A stretch of DNA of 64,000 nt from Anaerolineae bacterium (GTDB taxonomy: Bacteria; Chloroflexota; Anaerolineae; Epilineales; JAHCIE01), in contig JBDHWG010000002.1 in the NCBI GenBank assembly GCA_039810085.1, forward strand, positions 96,281 to 160,280, given 5' to 3'. Positions within the stretch are counted from its first letter, which is position 1. Each line of letters starts with the position of its first letter. The notes beneath the pieces were generated by a model. It searched no databases. It was given only the letters and a program-made list of their open reading frames with translations, and was not told the origin of the DNA. This document shows, piece by piece, positions 9,274 to 17,363 of this stretch. Made by a program: the position numbers and the translations under genes.

Positions 9274-12200
9274 CCAGGCCTCGATGTCGTGTCACGACGA
9301 ATCAAGCCAGGCGGGGTCATCTCGAACTTCTCCTCGACTCGCCTGAGCGCGGCCTGGTATTCGACATACTTAGGCGCGATGGGGTAGAACTCATGGGCCA
9401 CCTGCGTAAACTTTCTCCACTCCTCAGTGTTCGCAACCGCCGATTTCCCCCTCAGGTTCATCAGCTTGTTGTAGGCGGTCTGGAATCGGAGCCACACAAC
9501 CGGGTACTGGTCTCTACGCTGTTGGATGATGCTGCCCGTCGTTATACAAGCGTCGAACTGCGCTTGATAGTGAGCCTGCATTGCCTGACGTTGCCGGTCC
9601 GCGCGTTGGACGACCTCGTACAGCCGGATCCGCTCTCGACTGGATGCGCTCGCGTCGGTCTGCTGGCGAAGGAACCGCTCAAACTCCTCCGATGACAGAG
9701 CCATCTTAGCCTTCAATAGGCACCATACCGTTTTTCCGTCTTGCTTCAGTTGGCTCTGCTTGACGCCCATGGCTGTTTCCTGGCACAAGGTGTACGCCTG
9801 CTGAAGCTCACCCAAATCGGACAGCTCGAGGATAACCAACTTTTGCTTTTCCCAATCCACAATGCCGTGAACGTCCTGATCTTCCTCGGTCGCGGTAACT
9901 CTGAATCGATGTAGCCAGCCCCTCAGCATCACGAGTTGCTGCACCTTGGCTTCGACAATCGGGATGATCACCGTCAGCGAGCGGTAGACCCGGTGGGTAT
10001 CCGGGTCATCGTACTCGATATCATCCTGCAAGCCGCAGGCGTCCTGGGATTCTTCCATTTGCATCCGCCGCATCTTTAGGAGGGCGGTCTCAATAGGGTA
10101 GATTGGAGGCTGCTGTTGCAGGTCTTGTCGTATTTGGTCTACCAGCCGCATCTCGGCCGGATCCTCCAACTGGGTTGGCAGGTCGTCCAACTGGGTCACA
10201 CGTTCGTGCAACAGCAACAGCCGAATCTCGTTCGCCAGTGTTTCTTGATGCTGCCGTCGCAGTTCCGCTTGCTCCAGGCTCTTGACCTGCGAGCGGTACG
10301 AGGGATGATCGCTGTCCCGGAAACCGGCTGGAATCTGGAGGAAAGTTGCGCTGACTTGTCCGCCCTTTAGGCGCAGGATGTAGCGCGCGTTTTCGAAACC
10401 CCGTGTGTCGCGCAGGCCCAGTTGGATTTGAGCCTCTACATTGTCCAGGGCATCCTGGAACTGGTTCAACTCTGCCAGCCAATCGTCGGCTTTCTCCTCC
10501 TCCTGAGGGCTAATTGCCAGGGCCGGACCTCGCCCCCCCAGTGTGGTCATTTGGAGTTGCAGGCGCTCCAAAGCGCCGCGCGTCACGTCGCGCTCGTTGA
10601 CCAGCTGTTTTGCCATTACCAGCTGGCGGTCCAGCACATTAGCGTCTGGTGTCGTCTTGTCATGCCTTCTGAATTGTTGCGCCGAGTAGTCGTAGGTGAC
10701 TTGCTGGATTCTCTGGCGCAACTCGGACCCGGCGCGCACAACAAGATCCTGAAGCTCCTGCACTCGAAGACCCTGGGCCGCCTCGTCATCCTCTTGGAAC
10801 AGGATAACAATGCCCAGTTGGGCGTCAATCCGATCGAAGATACTTCGCGCTCGTCGGGCCTGTCCCTCCAGTCGTGCCTGCGCCGCATAACGCCCCTGAT
10901 CCCACAATGTCCTCAGGACACGACGCGGCTCGACGGTATGCTTCGGTGACTGTTCCAACTGCCGAGTAGCCCCATCATAGGCGAGGCGCGCCTGCCGGCA
11001 TGCCTCTGCCGTCAGGGTAGCGCCAGTTCGTAGATGTTTGTAAATGTTCGTCCCAGCGCGGCCGATAATGCTCCAAGGCTGCCATTCCTCCTGCCGCTGG
11101 TTAACCAGGGTTTGATCGCCGATATCCGACGCCAGGCCGCGCGCTTTAGCCAGCGATTTGTCGGCGCGGTCGAGGTAGTCAACCCCCTTCTCGACCGTGT
11201 CCTCGCCCCGCAACGCGCGCCTGGCAAGCTCGAAGCACGCGTCACCGTGGAGCTTCCAAACCTCCCAATCCTCCTGGAACAGCGGGTCGTTACAGAGGCT
11301 GGCGTAGATGACCTCAGCCTCTTCCGGCTGGGCGAGCCGGGCGCGGGCGATGCGACTTTGCTTCTGAGCCTCCCTGGCCTTGCGTTCGCAGAACTCGCGT
11401 ACCTCCTCGCCAACGGAAGCGAGTTGCCTGACGCGTTCCCAGGCGCTGCTCACGCGCTCCCAGTCCTTGCTGGTAATGCTGGTGGCTGGCAGCCCCCGCT
11501 GGGCGTCCCACGCTTTCACGACCTCACGCGGCTCGGCGAGCAGCTCCAGCACCCCGTCGCCGTCACGCATCTCTAGCCGCTCATAGCGGCGCTGCAAACC
11601 TTCCAACTCGTCACGCGTGAGGTGTTCATAGAATGTGCCTCGATGCGCCCGGATTAGCTCGCGGATTTGCTCAGCAAGCATCTCAGCCAGTCTGCGCTGT
11701 GCTTCCTGCTGCGCCCCTATCAGGTCCGGGCGGAGGGAAGACGGTTGGTCGATGGCATTACGGAGCAGCCGCAATGCCTCGTCCAATTCCCTAAGACTCC
11801 CGCCCTCTACCAGACGTTGGGCGCGTTCCAGGGCTCCTCGGGCCGCTGGCTCGTTGCGCCGGATTCGATCAAGTTTTTGTTGGAGTTGGGCAGCCCGCGC
11901 CGCAGCGGCGGCTCCCATATCCCCCATGGCTGCCTGAAGCCCAGTTTCGACGACATACAGGTCGGGGACGAGCCAGGCGTCGCCCGTGTTCCCTGCTCGA
12001 TTGTCCAGTTTAGCCATCTCATCCCGAGCGCGCGCATATCCCTGCCATGCCGTGAGTTTGTCCACCGCGCCGCTCAATGCTTGACGCTGAGTTGACGACA
12101 AATCGCTTGTCTGAGATAGACGCCGTGTGTAGTCCAGGGTGGCCTTTTCGACCGTCTCGAGTGGCGTGCCGGGTTGACAGATGCGGCGTAGCTCATCCTG

Positions 12201-13712
12201 AATTTTGCTTTCATCCAACCGCACTTGCAGCTCGGCCAGACGGTCTTGCCGCTTGTGCCAGTGCTGCCAATACTCAGGGTAATCGCGCTGGAGCGACTGG
12301 AGCGTCTCCATCTCGGCCTGGTAACTCATGCCGCCACCGCTGCCGTCCAGCGGCCGCACGCGACTATAGAGCCTATTGAGCGCCTCATAGCGCTCGGCCA
12401 GTTCTGTTTCTACTTCGGGGACCATGTCAATCAAGCTCTTCGCCTGGACCATGCGCCGGGAGATCCCAGACCAGTTATCGTTCTTAAGAAGATTATCAAT
12501 CTCGTCGAGTATTTCAGCAGCAGCGGCTTGGGCGCGCGGAACAATGTTCTGGCGGAGCTCGTCCAGGGCGGGAAGCCAGCGGTAGGTATTTTGCGCGTCT
12601 TGCCACAACTTGTAGGCACGCACCGGGTCGGATTGCAGCCGGGCCTGCCCGGCCAGTCCCTGGGCTTTGAGATAAGCGTCTAGTTCCGGTTGAATCGCCT
12701 CTTCCATTGCCTCAATCTTTTGCTTGTACTCAGCCGGAACTTCGATGCCTATGCGGCTGTCATTGATGCCGCCAATCTCTTTCCATTTTGCCAGCTCCGC
12801 CTGGGCGTCGGAGGGGCGATGCGCATCCAGCCGCTCGCGGGCTGCCTGCACATACTCCTCAATCTTGGGCCGCCAGAACAGCTCAAGCATCCGCCGCCGA
12901 GCGACCGGCAAGGCCCTGGAAACTTCCATCGCTCGCGCCGCCTGACCTTTTGTGGCATCCGGATAGTAGGTGACCAACTCGTTGGGGTTGCGCTCCACCC
13001 GCGCCGTGAAATCAAGAAGCAGCTCGACGAATTCATTGCCGGTGTCACGGGTTTTTGTCACTTCGTGCCGTGTCCGCAGATCATCGTAGATTTGCTTCGC
13101 TCGGTCGCGCAGTTGCATGAGAGCGTCGCGCTGCTCCTGCTCCCACACCTGTCCCGCACCAAGAGCGCCAGTTACCTTCGTGAAGGCCTCTTCCGCGAAG
13201 GGAATAACCTGCTCGCCCTTCTCGCCTTCTTCGTCGCGCACCCGGTCCCACAGTGCGTTGACCTCTTTTTGAAGCGCCGCGAAGCGCTGGGCGCTCAAGG
13301 CACGGCTTTGGAGGGTCTGGAGACGCTCGTCGAGGCGGAGAGTATCGGATGGGGCAGTCCGCCCGGCTCGAAGCGCGCGGATATTGTCTAGAAGCTCGCC
13401 AACCTGGCGCAGCTCATCTTGGGACACATCATCGGCCAAGGTTGGCCGCCGCTCGAGCTGGCTCAGACGGTCGTTAGCCTCGTTCTCCAGCCGATCGATG
13501 AGCGGCTCAACCAGCGCCTCGTAGCGCCGCCGCAGGTCGCGGATGCGGGGCTGGTCTTGCAGCGTAAGGTTCGCTGCATCATCATTGCATTGCTTCAACA
13601 CGACCGGAATAGCGGCGAGATCGGCGAGGGACTTCCGAATCTCGCCGATGGACGATTGGGTGAACGCATCGAGTTGCTGACCGATGCGGTTCAATTTCTC
13701 ACTCACGGCCAT
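9270..13712 (-). CDS. 1480-aa all-alpha / coiled-coil protein (R/E/L/Q/A-rich), no recognisable catalytic motif; first gene of the FtsZl-1/vWA operon
   Basis: Long uninterrupted ORF. Its composition is typical of extended helical or coiled-coil scaffolds. It is translationally coupled to the phosphoesterase gene. Confidence 0.6.
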   Translation of the reverse strand: MAVSEKLNRIGQQLDAFTQSSIGEIRKSLADLAAIPVVLKQCNDDAANLTLQDQPRIRDLRRRYEALVEPLIDRLENEANDRLSQLERRPTLADDVSQDELRQVGELLDNIRALRAGRTAPSDTLRLDERLQTLQSRALSAQRFAALQKEVNALWDRVRDEEGEKGEQVIPFAEEAFTKVTGALGAGQVWEQEQRDALMQLRDRAKQIYDDLRTRHEVTKTRDTGNEFVELLLDFTARVERNPNELVTYYPDATKGQAARAMEVSRALPVARRRMLELFWRPKIEEYVQAARERLDAHRPSDAQAELAKWKEIGGINDSRIGIEVPAEYKQKIEAMEEAIQPELDAYLKAQGLAGQARLQSDPVRAYKLWQDAQNTYRWLPALDELRQNIVPRAQAAAAEILDEIDNLLKNDNWSGISRRMVQAKSLIDMVPEVETELAERYEALNRLYSRVRPLDGSGGGMSYQAEMETLQSLQRDYPEYWQHWHKRQDRLAELQVRLDESKIQDELRRICQPGTPLETVEKATLDYTRRLSQTSDLSSTQRQALSGAVDKLTAWQGYARARDEMAKLDNRAGNTGDAWLVPDLYVVETGLQAAMGDMGAAAAARAAQLQQKLDRIRRNEPAARGALERAQRLVEGGSLRELDEALRLLRNAIDQPSSLRPDLIGAQQEAQRRLAEMLAEQIRELIRAHRGTFYEHLTRDELEGLQRRYERLEMRDGDGVLELLAEPREVVKAWDAQRGLPATSITSKDWERVSSAWERVRQLASVGEEVREFCERKAREAQKQSRIARARLAQPEEAEVIYASLCNDPLFQEDWEVWKLHGDACFELARRALRGEDTVEKGVDYLDRADKSLAKARGLASDIGDQTLVNQRQEEWQPWSIIGRAGTNIYKHLRTGATLTAEACRQARLAYDGATRQLEQSPKHTVEPRRVLRTLWDQGRYAAQARLEGQARRARSIFDRIDAQLGIVILFQEDDEAAQGLRVQELQDLVVRAGSELRQRIQQVTYDYSAQQFRRHDKTTPDANVLDRQLVMAKQLVNERDVTRGALERLQLQMTTLGGRGPALAISPQEEEKADDWLAELNQFQDALDNVEAQIQLGLRDTRGFENARYILRLKGGQVSATFLQIPAGFRDSDHPSYRSQVKSLEQAELRRQHQETLANEIRLLLLHERVTQLDDLPTQLEDPAEMRLVDQIRQDLQQQPPIYPIETALLKMRRMQMEESQDACGLQDDIEYDDPDTHRVYRSLTVIIPIVEAKVQQLVMLRGWLHRFRVTATEEDQDVHGIVDWEKQKLVILELSDLGELQQAYTLCQETAMGVKQSQLKQDGKTVWCLLKAKMALSSEEFERFLRQQTDASASSRERIRLYEVVQRADRQRQAMQAHYQAQFDACITTGSIIQQRRDQYPVVWLRFQTAYNKLMNLRGKSAVANTEEWRKFTQVAHEFYPIAPKYVEYQAALRRVEEKFEMTPPGLIRRDTTSRPG

Positions 13713-13728
13713 GTCACCGCCTCCGCAT

Positions 13729-13757
13729 TCCTTGACTTCGAAACAGGCGTATGGTAA
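13729..13757 (+). promoter_or_regulatory. Candidate sigma70-type promoter (TTGACT-17-TAAAGT) upstream of sigma factor gene
   Basis: Read directly in the intergenic region between the divergent 9270..13712 and 13877..14806 genes. A GGAGGGAG Shine-Dalgarno precedes the ATG at 13877. Confidence 0.3.
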
Positions 13758-13876
13758 AGTAGTGTCTCACCTGAGAAGGAGACAGCTTTTATTTCTTAAT
13801 GCGGGCATCTTCGACTTTCTTTCACTTCGTCCCGTAACAAGCCGACTTCCGTTTCGTTATACTTAGAGGAGGGAGT

Positions 13877-14806
13877 ATGACGACTAGGTGCTGCTGGCAG
13901 TCCCACCACCACGTTCATGAGTTGCTGGACGGGTTGTGCGCAACGCAGGTTGAGCTGTGGTTGGAGCAGAGCAAAGAGCGTGGCGAAGTTGCGTCCCATG
14001 AGAACCTTACCGAGACGATTGCGCATTTGCTGCGTCAGAATCTGGCCAGCGGTCGGGTCGATCGTGTCTATCGCGCCTGTCAACCCGAGCCAAGCGTGAA
14101 TATGCCAGGTCTACTGACCAACGATGACGCGCGCGAGATACCTGACATCGAGAGTGAGACCCTCCGGCGAGCTGAGTCTCTGCACTTCTTGACGCAGTAC
14201 GTAGACCGACTCATCCGTTACTACGACCTTGAGCACAGACTGGTGACAAAACTCGGCGCGTCCGATCCACTCGCTTGGGAGCAACTGGGCAAAATGCTGA
14301 GGAATCGCGCCTATATCCTCCTCACCCGCCAGGGGGTGGACGTCAACCGCGCCATAGCTGAGGCCCCGGAATTTGCCCAGCAAGCGTGCGAAGTGATATG
14401 CAGCCACGCTTATTACTATGATGTTCCGTTCGCCGCCTGGGCCAATCTCATTCTGAAGAACCTCATCCTTCAACGCTATTGTCGCTCACACGACATCATG
14501 AGCCGGGTTGACCTGGAGCCGTTGGACAATGACGCGGATCAGGGCATCCATACCTGGGCGCTCCTTCACGAATGCTTAGCCAACCCGCACGAAGAGGACA
14601 TAGACAACATCGAGGAGTACGACTGGGTCGTAGACGCTATCTCTCGGATCAGGAGCAAATCGCAAAGATACGTTCTAACAGCTTCATTCTACGAGGAAGT
14701 GAGCGACGACGAGATTGCGCGACAGCTTGGGAAGAGTCGAAACGCGGTCTACATCTTGCGTCATAGGGCGCTGCAACATCTTCGCCGAACCCTTGATGGG
14801 GTTTAA
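13877..14806 (+). CDS. Sigma-70 family (ECF/group-4-like) RNA polymerase sigma factor with N-terminal extension
   Basis: Region-4 HTH ...RYVLTASFYEEVSDDEIARQLGKSRNAVYILRHRALQHLR. Region-2-like FAAWANLILKNLILQRY. Confidence 0.7.
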   Translation: MTTRCCWQSHHHVHELLDGLCATQVELWLEQSKERGEVASHENLTETIAHLLRQNLASGRVDRVYRACQPEPSVNMPGLLTNDDAREIPDIESETLRRAESLHFLTQYVDRLIRYYDLEHRLVTKLGASDPLAWEQLGKMLRNRAYILLTRQGVDVNRAIAEAPEFAQQACEVICSHAYYYDVPFAAWANLILKNLILQRYCRSHDIMSRVDLEPLDNDADQGIHTWALLHECLANPHEEDIDNIEEYDWVVDAISRIRSKSQRYVLTASFYEEVSDDEIARQLGKSRNAVYILRHRALQHLRRTLDGV

Positions 14807-14853
14807 AGAAAGCTAGATGGGCGTAAACTGAAAGAATTCTTAGTCATCTTGCA

Positions 14854-15258
14854 TTGACCTATAAAAGGATGGAGCGAATGAGTTTCAGGGTCAATGCATG
14901 GTACGATGCCGAGATTCTTCGCCCTCTGTTCGAGGAGCGTCAGGCAACGCTTCGGTCACTTGGCGTTCATCCCTTGTCTTGCGAGGAGTGCCGGGACGTC
15001 CTCGATATCTACGTGTCTGACGAGCTAGACGGCGAAGACGTTGAGAAAACCTACCCCGCGTTGTCTCACCACCTCAGGCGCTGCCCGCTGTGTCAGGACG
15101 TCTACGCTGACGTGAAGTGGTGCCTGGCGCAAGGGCTTGCCGATCACCCGAGATGGACACCACCTGCGTCGCCCGCCTCCGACTCGTCGCCTTCACATGA
15201 TTCGATAGAGAGTCATGTAGGTGCGCCGGAGTCTTCTCGTCACTCCCCTAATAAGTAG
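14854..15258 (+). CDS. Anti-sigma factor, putative zinc-finger (zf-HC2) type
   Basis: Immediately downstream of the sigma factor. HPLSCEECRDVLDIYVSDELD...HHLRRCPLCQD matches the H-x3-C-x2-C zf-HC2 pattern of ChrR/RsrA-like anti-sigma factors. Confidence 0.6.
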   Translation: MTYKRMERMSFRVNAWYDAEILRPLFEERQATLRSLGVHPLSCEECRDVLDIYVSDELDGEDVEKTYPALSHHLRRCPLCQDVYADVKWCLAQGLADHPRWTPPASPASDSSPSHDSIESHVGAPESSRHSPNK

Positions 15259-15854
15259 ACCCTGAGATAGACCTCCCCAACTTTGGGACGCGAGGAATCC
15301 GTAATATAATGGAGTCTCTCAATCGGTGCGTCTTTGAACAACGTCGGGACCGTTTCCTGGAGCAGTTTCGCCACCTCTTCCGACAACTGGTTGCCCTTGA
15401 TATAGTTTGGGTGATTGCCGAAGGAGATGACAAAGCCGGCGCGCCGGTTGCTCAGGCTCTGGTACTGGCTCCAGATTTGCTGTCGCAATTGCAGGCGTTC
15501 GGCATCCTTCGCCGGGCCATCTGGCCCGAGCAAGACATCGGCGTTGGTCACAAGCGTTGCCTCGCGCGGGGCAAGTTCGACGCCGGGGCGCGTCGGAACG
15601 GGTGTCGGCGGAATCACCTCGGTTGGTGTGGAGGTTGGTGTCGGTGTCAAGGTCGGCGTCAGCGTAGACGTTGGCCGGGGCGTGGGGGTGCTCGTCGGTG
15701 TCAGCGTTGGCGTTGGCGTTGGCGTTGGAACGGCAGGCGCACCCGGGCTAGCGACAAGGAAAAGCATAGCCAGGCCGAGGAGTAGGTCGGCAAAAAGCCA
15801 ACCGCTGAGCAGCGTCATGTCTCGAACTGTACCGTGAGAGCCAGATTGAGCCAT
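15240..15854 (-). CDS. Membrane/secreted protein with TP-rich linker and conserved C-terminal domain (hypothetical)
   Basis: The ORF 15240..16013 overlaps the upstream gene by 140 bp. Internal starts MAQSG (15854, preceded by a GGGGGG SD-like stretch) or MTLLSGWLFADLLLGLAMLFLVA (15818) give an N-terminal TM/signal segment followed by a (TPTP)n linker. The start is uncertain. Confidence 0.45.
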   Translation of the reverse strand: MAQSGSHGTVRDMTLLSGWLFADLLLGLAMLFLVASPGAPAVPTPTPTPTLTPTSTPTPRPTSTLTPTLTPTPTSTPTEVIPPTPVPTRPGVELAPREATLVTNADVLLGPDGPAKDAERLQLRQQIWSQYQSLSNRRAGFVISFGNHPNYIKGNQLSEEVAKLLQETVPTLFKDAPIERLHYITDSSRPKVGEVYLRVYLLGE

Positions 15855-15873
15855 CCCCCCGTCCCTTCTTGTG

Positions 15874-17343
15874 TTACGAGCTACCCTGGCCGCCGTTGGA
15901 CGTTGTACGACGCAGGGATTGCGAAATTGACTGAGCCGCCAGCTCCATAGCCTTGCTCGCGTCGGAGATGCGCTTGGTTGACGTTCCCTGCTGCTCCAGG
16001 ATGTAGCGGACATCGGCGCTGTAGTTGTCGGGCAGCGCTCGGATGGTATCCACCAGCTTGCGCATATCCGTTGCCATGGCGTGCAGGTTGGCGGCGTAGC
16101 TATTGACCTCTTTGAGCGACTGGTTGATGTCGCTGGCGGCGGCCGATACCATCCCCGCCACCTGGGTTTGGGTCTGGCCCTGGCTGGTCAGGGCGTCCAC
16201 AAGCTTGGTTTGCTCCTCGACCAGGCGCTGTGACAGGTCATGGAGCTTATCAGCCATATCGGACAGCCCTGGCATGGCCTCACTGATGGACTTGACCCCC
16301 TCATCCAGTGTGGAGCGCATCTCAGTCATGCCGGTCACGAGTTGCTGGTGGTTATCTGTCACCAACTTAAGCTGCGACACCGTCTGTTCGTAGGTGGAGA
16401 GCAGCTGGCTCTGCTGACCTGTGGACTTCGTTAGGAGATTAGTCAAACCAACCGCTGTTCCATTCAGCGCCCCGGCTGCCTCCTGTAGCGATTGGGCACT
16501 CATAGCCATCGTCTCGCTCACCGTTCGGAGATTTGTATGCGCCGAACTGAACCCGTCCACAACCTGCTTGAGCTTGTCGGTCTCTTGCTTCCGCAGTTCG
16601 GTGATCGCCATGAGTTCATCACGTGCTCCCACAATCGCCTCGACCGATTGCTGGGCCAGTTCCTTGAAATCCATAGTGACAGCCACCGGCTGGTTGGCCC
16701 GTTGGGTCTTGAGGAGGAGCGAGGCGAAGGCCAGGGTGTGCTCGATAGCGATCCGACAGCGCATGATATTTCTCTGCCGCATTCGCTGCACCCGGTTCGC
16801 ATACCAGTACGTCCCGAGGGTTAGCCCCAGCACGATGAGCAGAAGGAAAACGTCGAGACGAGCTACAAAACTGAGTGTCAAAGACGTTGTATCGCCGAAC
16901 CCGCCTTGCCAGAGGAGGAGAAACGGCTGCGTTGCCTGATCGGGATTCGCCTGTAGATACTGGTAGTAATGGTTCACAGCCTGCCAGATACCGAACCATG
17001 TTAGCAGGATAGGAACTAAAAAGGATGCATTCCGGATGGCCTCAAGCCAGCCCAGCCGTTTATCCGCCGCTGAGAAGTTCTCGATGTCTTCGGCAATGTG
17101 CTGCGGGTTGATGAGCGTGAAGAGTGGGCTGTCGGCCCACCCTGCAGCGTAGGATGCATTCGGTTGCTTGACAGCTGTGGCCAGGTTTCGCAGACGTATG
17201 CCAGCGCCTTCATCGCTGTCATCAACCTGATCGGCCAGGTTGATGAGGCGTTGAGACAGGTTCTCGCGATCCGCCTCGATTGTTGAGGATGTAGTGAACA
17301 AGCCATCAATAGGTGTGTCATAGGCTGTCGTCGAGGTCTCCAT
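15874..17343 (-). CDS. Two-TM membrane protein with long cytoplasmic coiled-coil (hypothetical)
   Basis: TM helices FLVPILLTWFGIWQAV and VFLLLIVLGLTLGTYWYA are followed by ~300 aa of heptad-like Q/L/S/T-rich sequence. Confidence 0.55.
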   Translation of the reverse strand: METSTTAYDTPIDGLFTTSSTIEADRENLSQRLINLADQVDDSDEGAGIRLRNLATAVKQPNASYAAGWADSPLFTLINPQHIAEDIENFSAADKRLGWLEAIRNASFLVPILLTWFGIWQAVNHYYQYLQANPDQATQPFLLLWQGGFGDTTSLTLSFVARLDVFLLLIVLGLTLGTYWYANRVQRMRQRNIMRCRIAIEHTLAFASLLLKTQRANQPVAVTMDFKELAQQSVEAIVGARDELMAITELRKQETDKLKQVVDGFSSAHTNLRTVSETMAMSAQSLQEAAGALNGTAVGLTNLLTKSTGQQSQLLSTYEQTVSQLKLVTDNHQQLVTGMTEMRSTLDEGVKSISEAMPGLSDMADKLHDLSQRLVEEQTKLVDALTSQGQTQTQVAGMVSAAASDINQSLKEVNSYAANLHAMATDMRKLVDTIRALPDNYSADVRYILEQQGTSTKRISDASKAMELAAQSISQSLRRTTSNGGQGSS

Positions 17344-17363
17344 AGATACGCCTCCGGGTGGGT

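Noticed and set aside
10422-13391. Plus-strand ORFs 10422..10949, 11034..11576, 11667..12095, 12225..12683 and 12690..13391
   Set aside because: They are antisense to the 1480-aa coiled-coil gene. They have no start context and low-complexity translations.
15600-15760. Low-complexity (GTYGGY)n DNA, and similar stretches at 41880-42060, 42420-42740, 61510-61830 and 62100-62200
   Set aside because: These are the coding sequence of Thr/Pro-rich inter-domain linkers, not independent repeat elements or CRISPR arrays. They are irregular, have no spacers and are in-frame.
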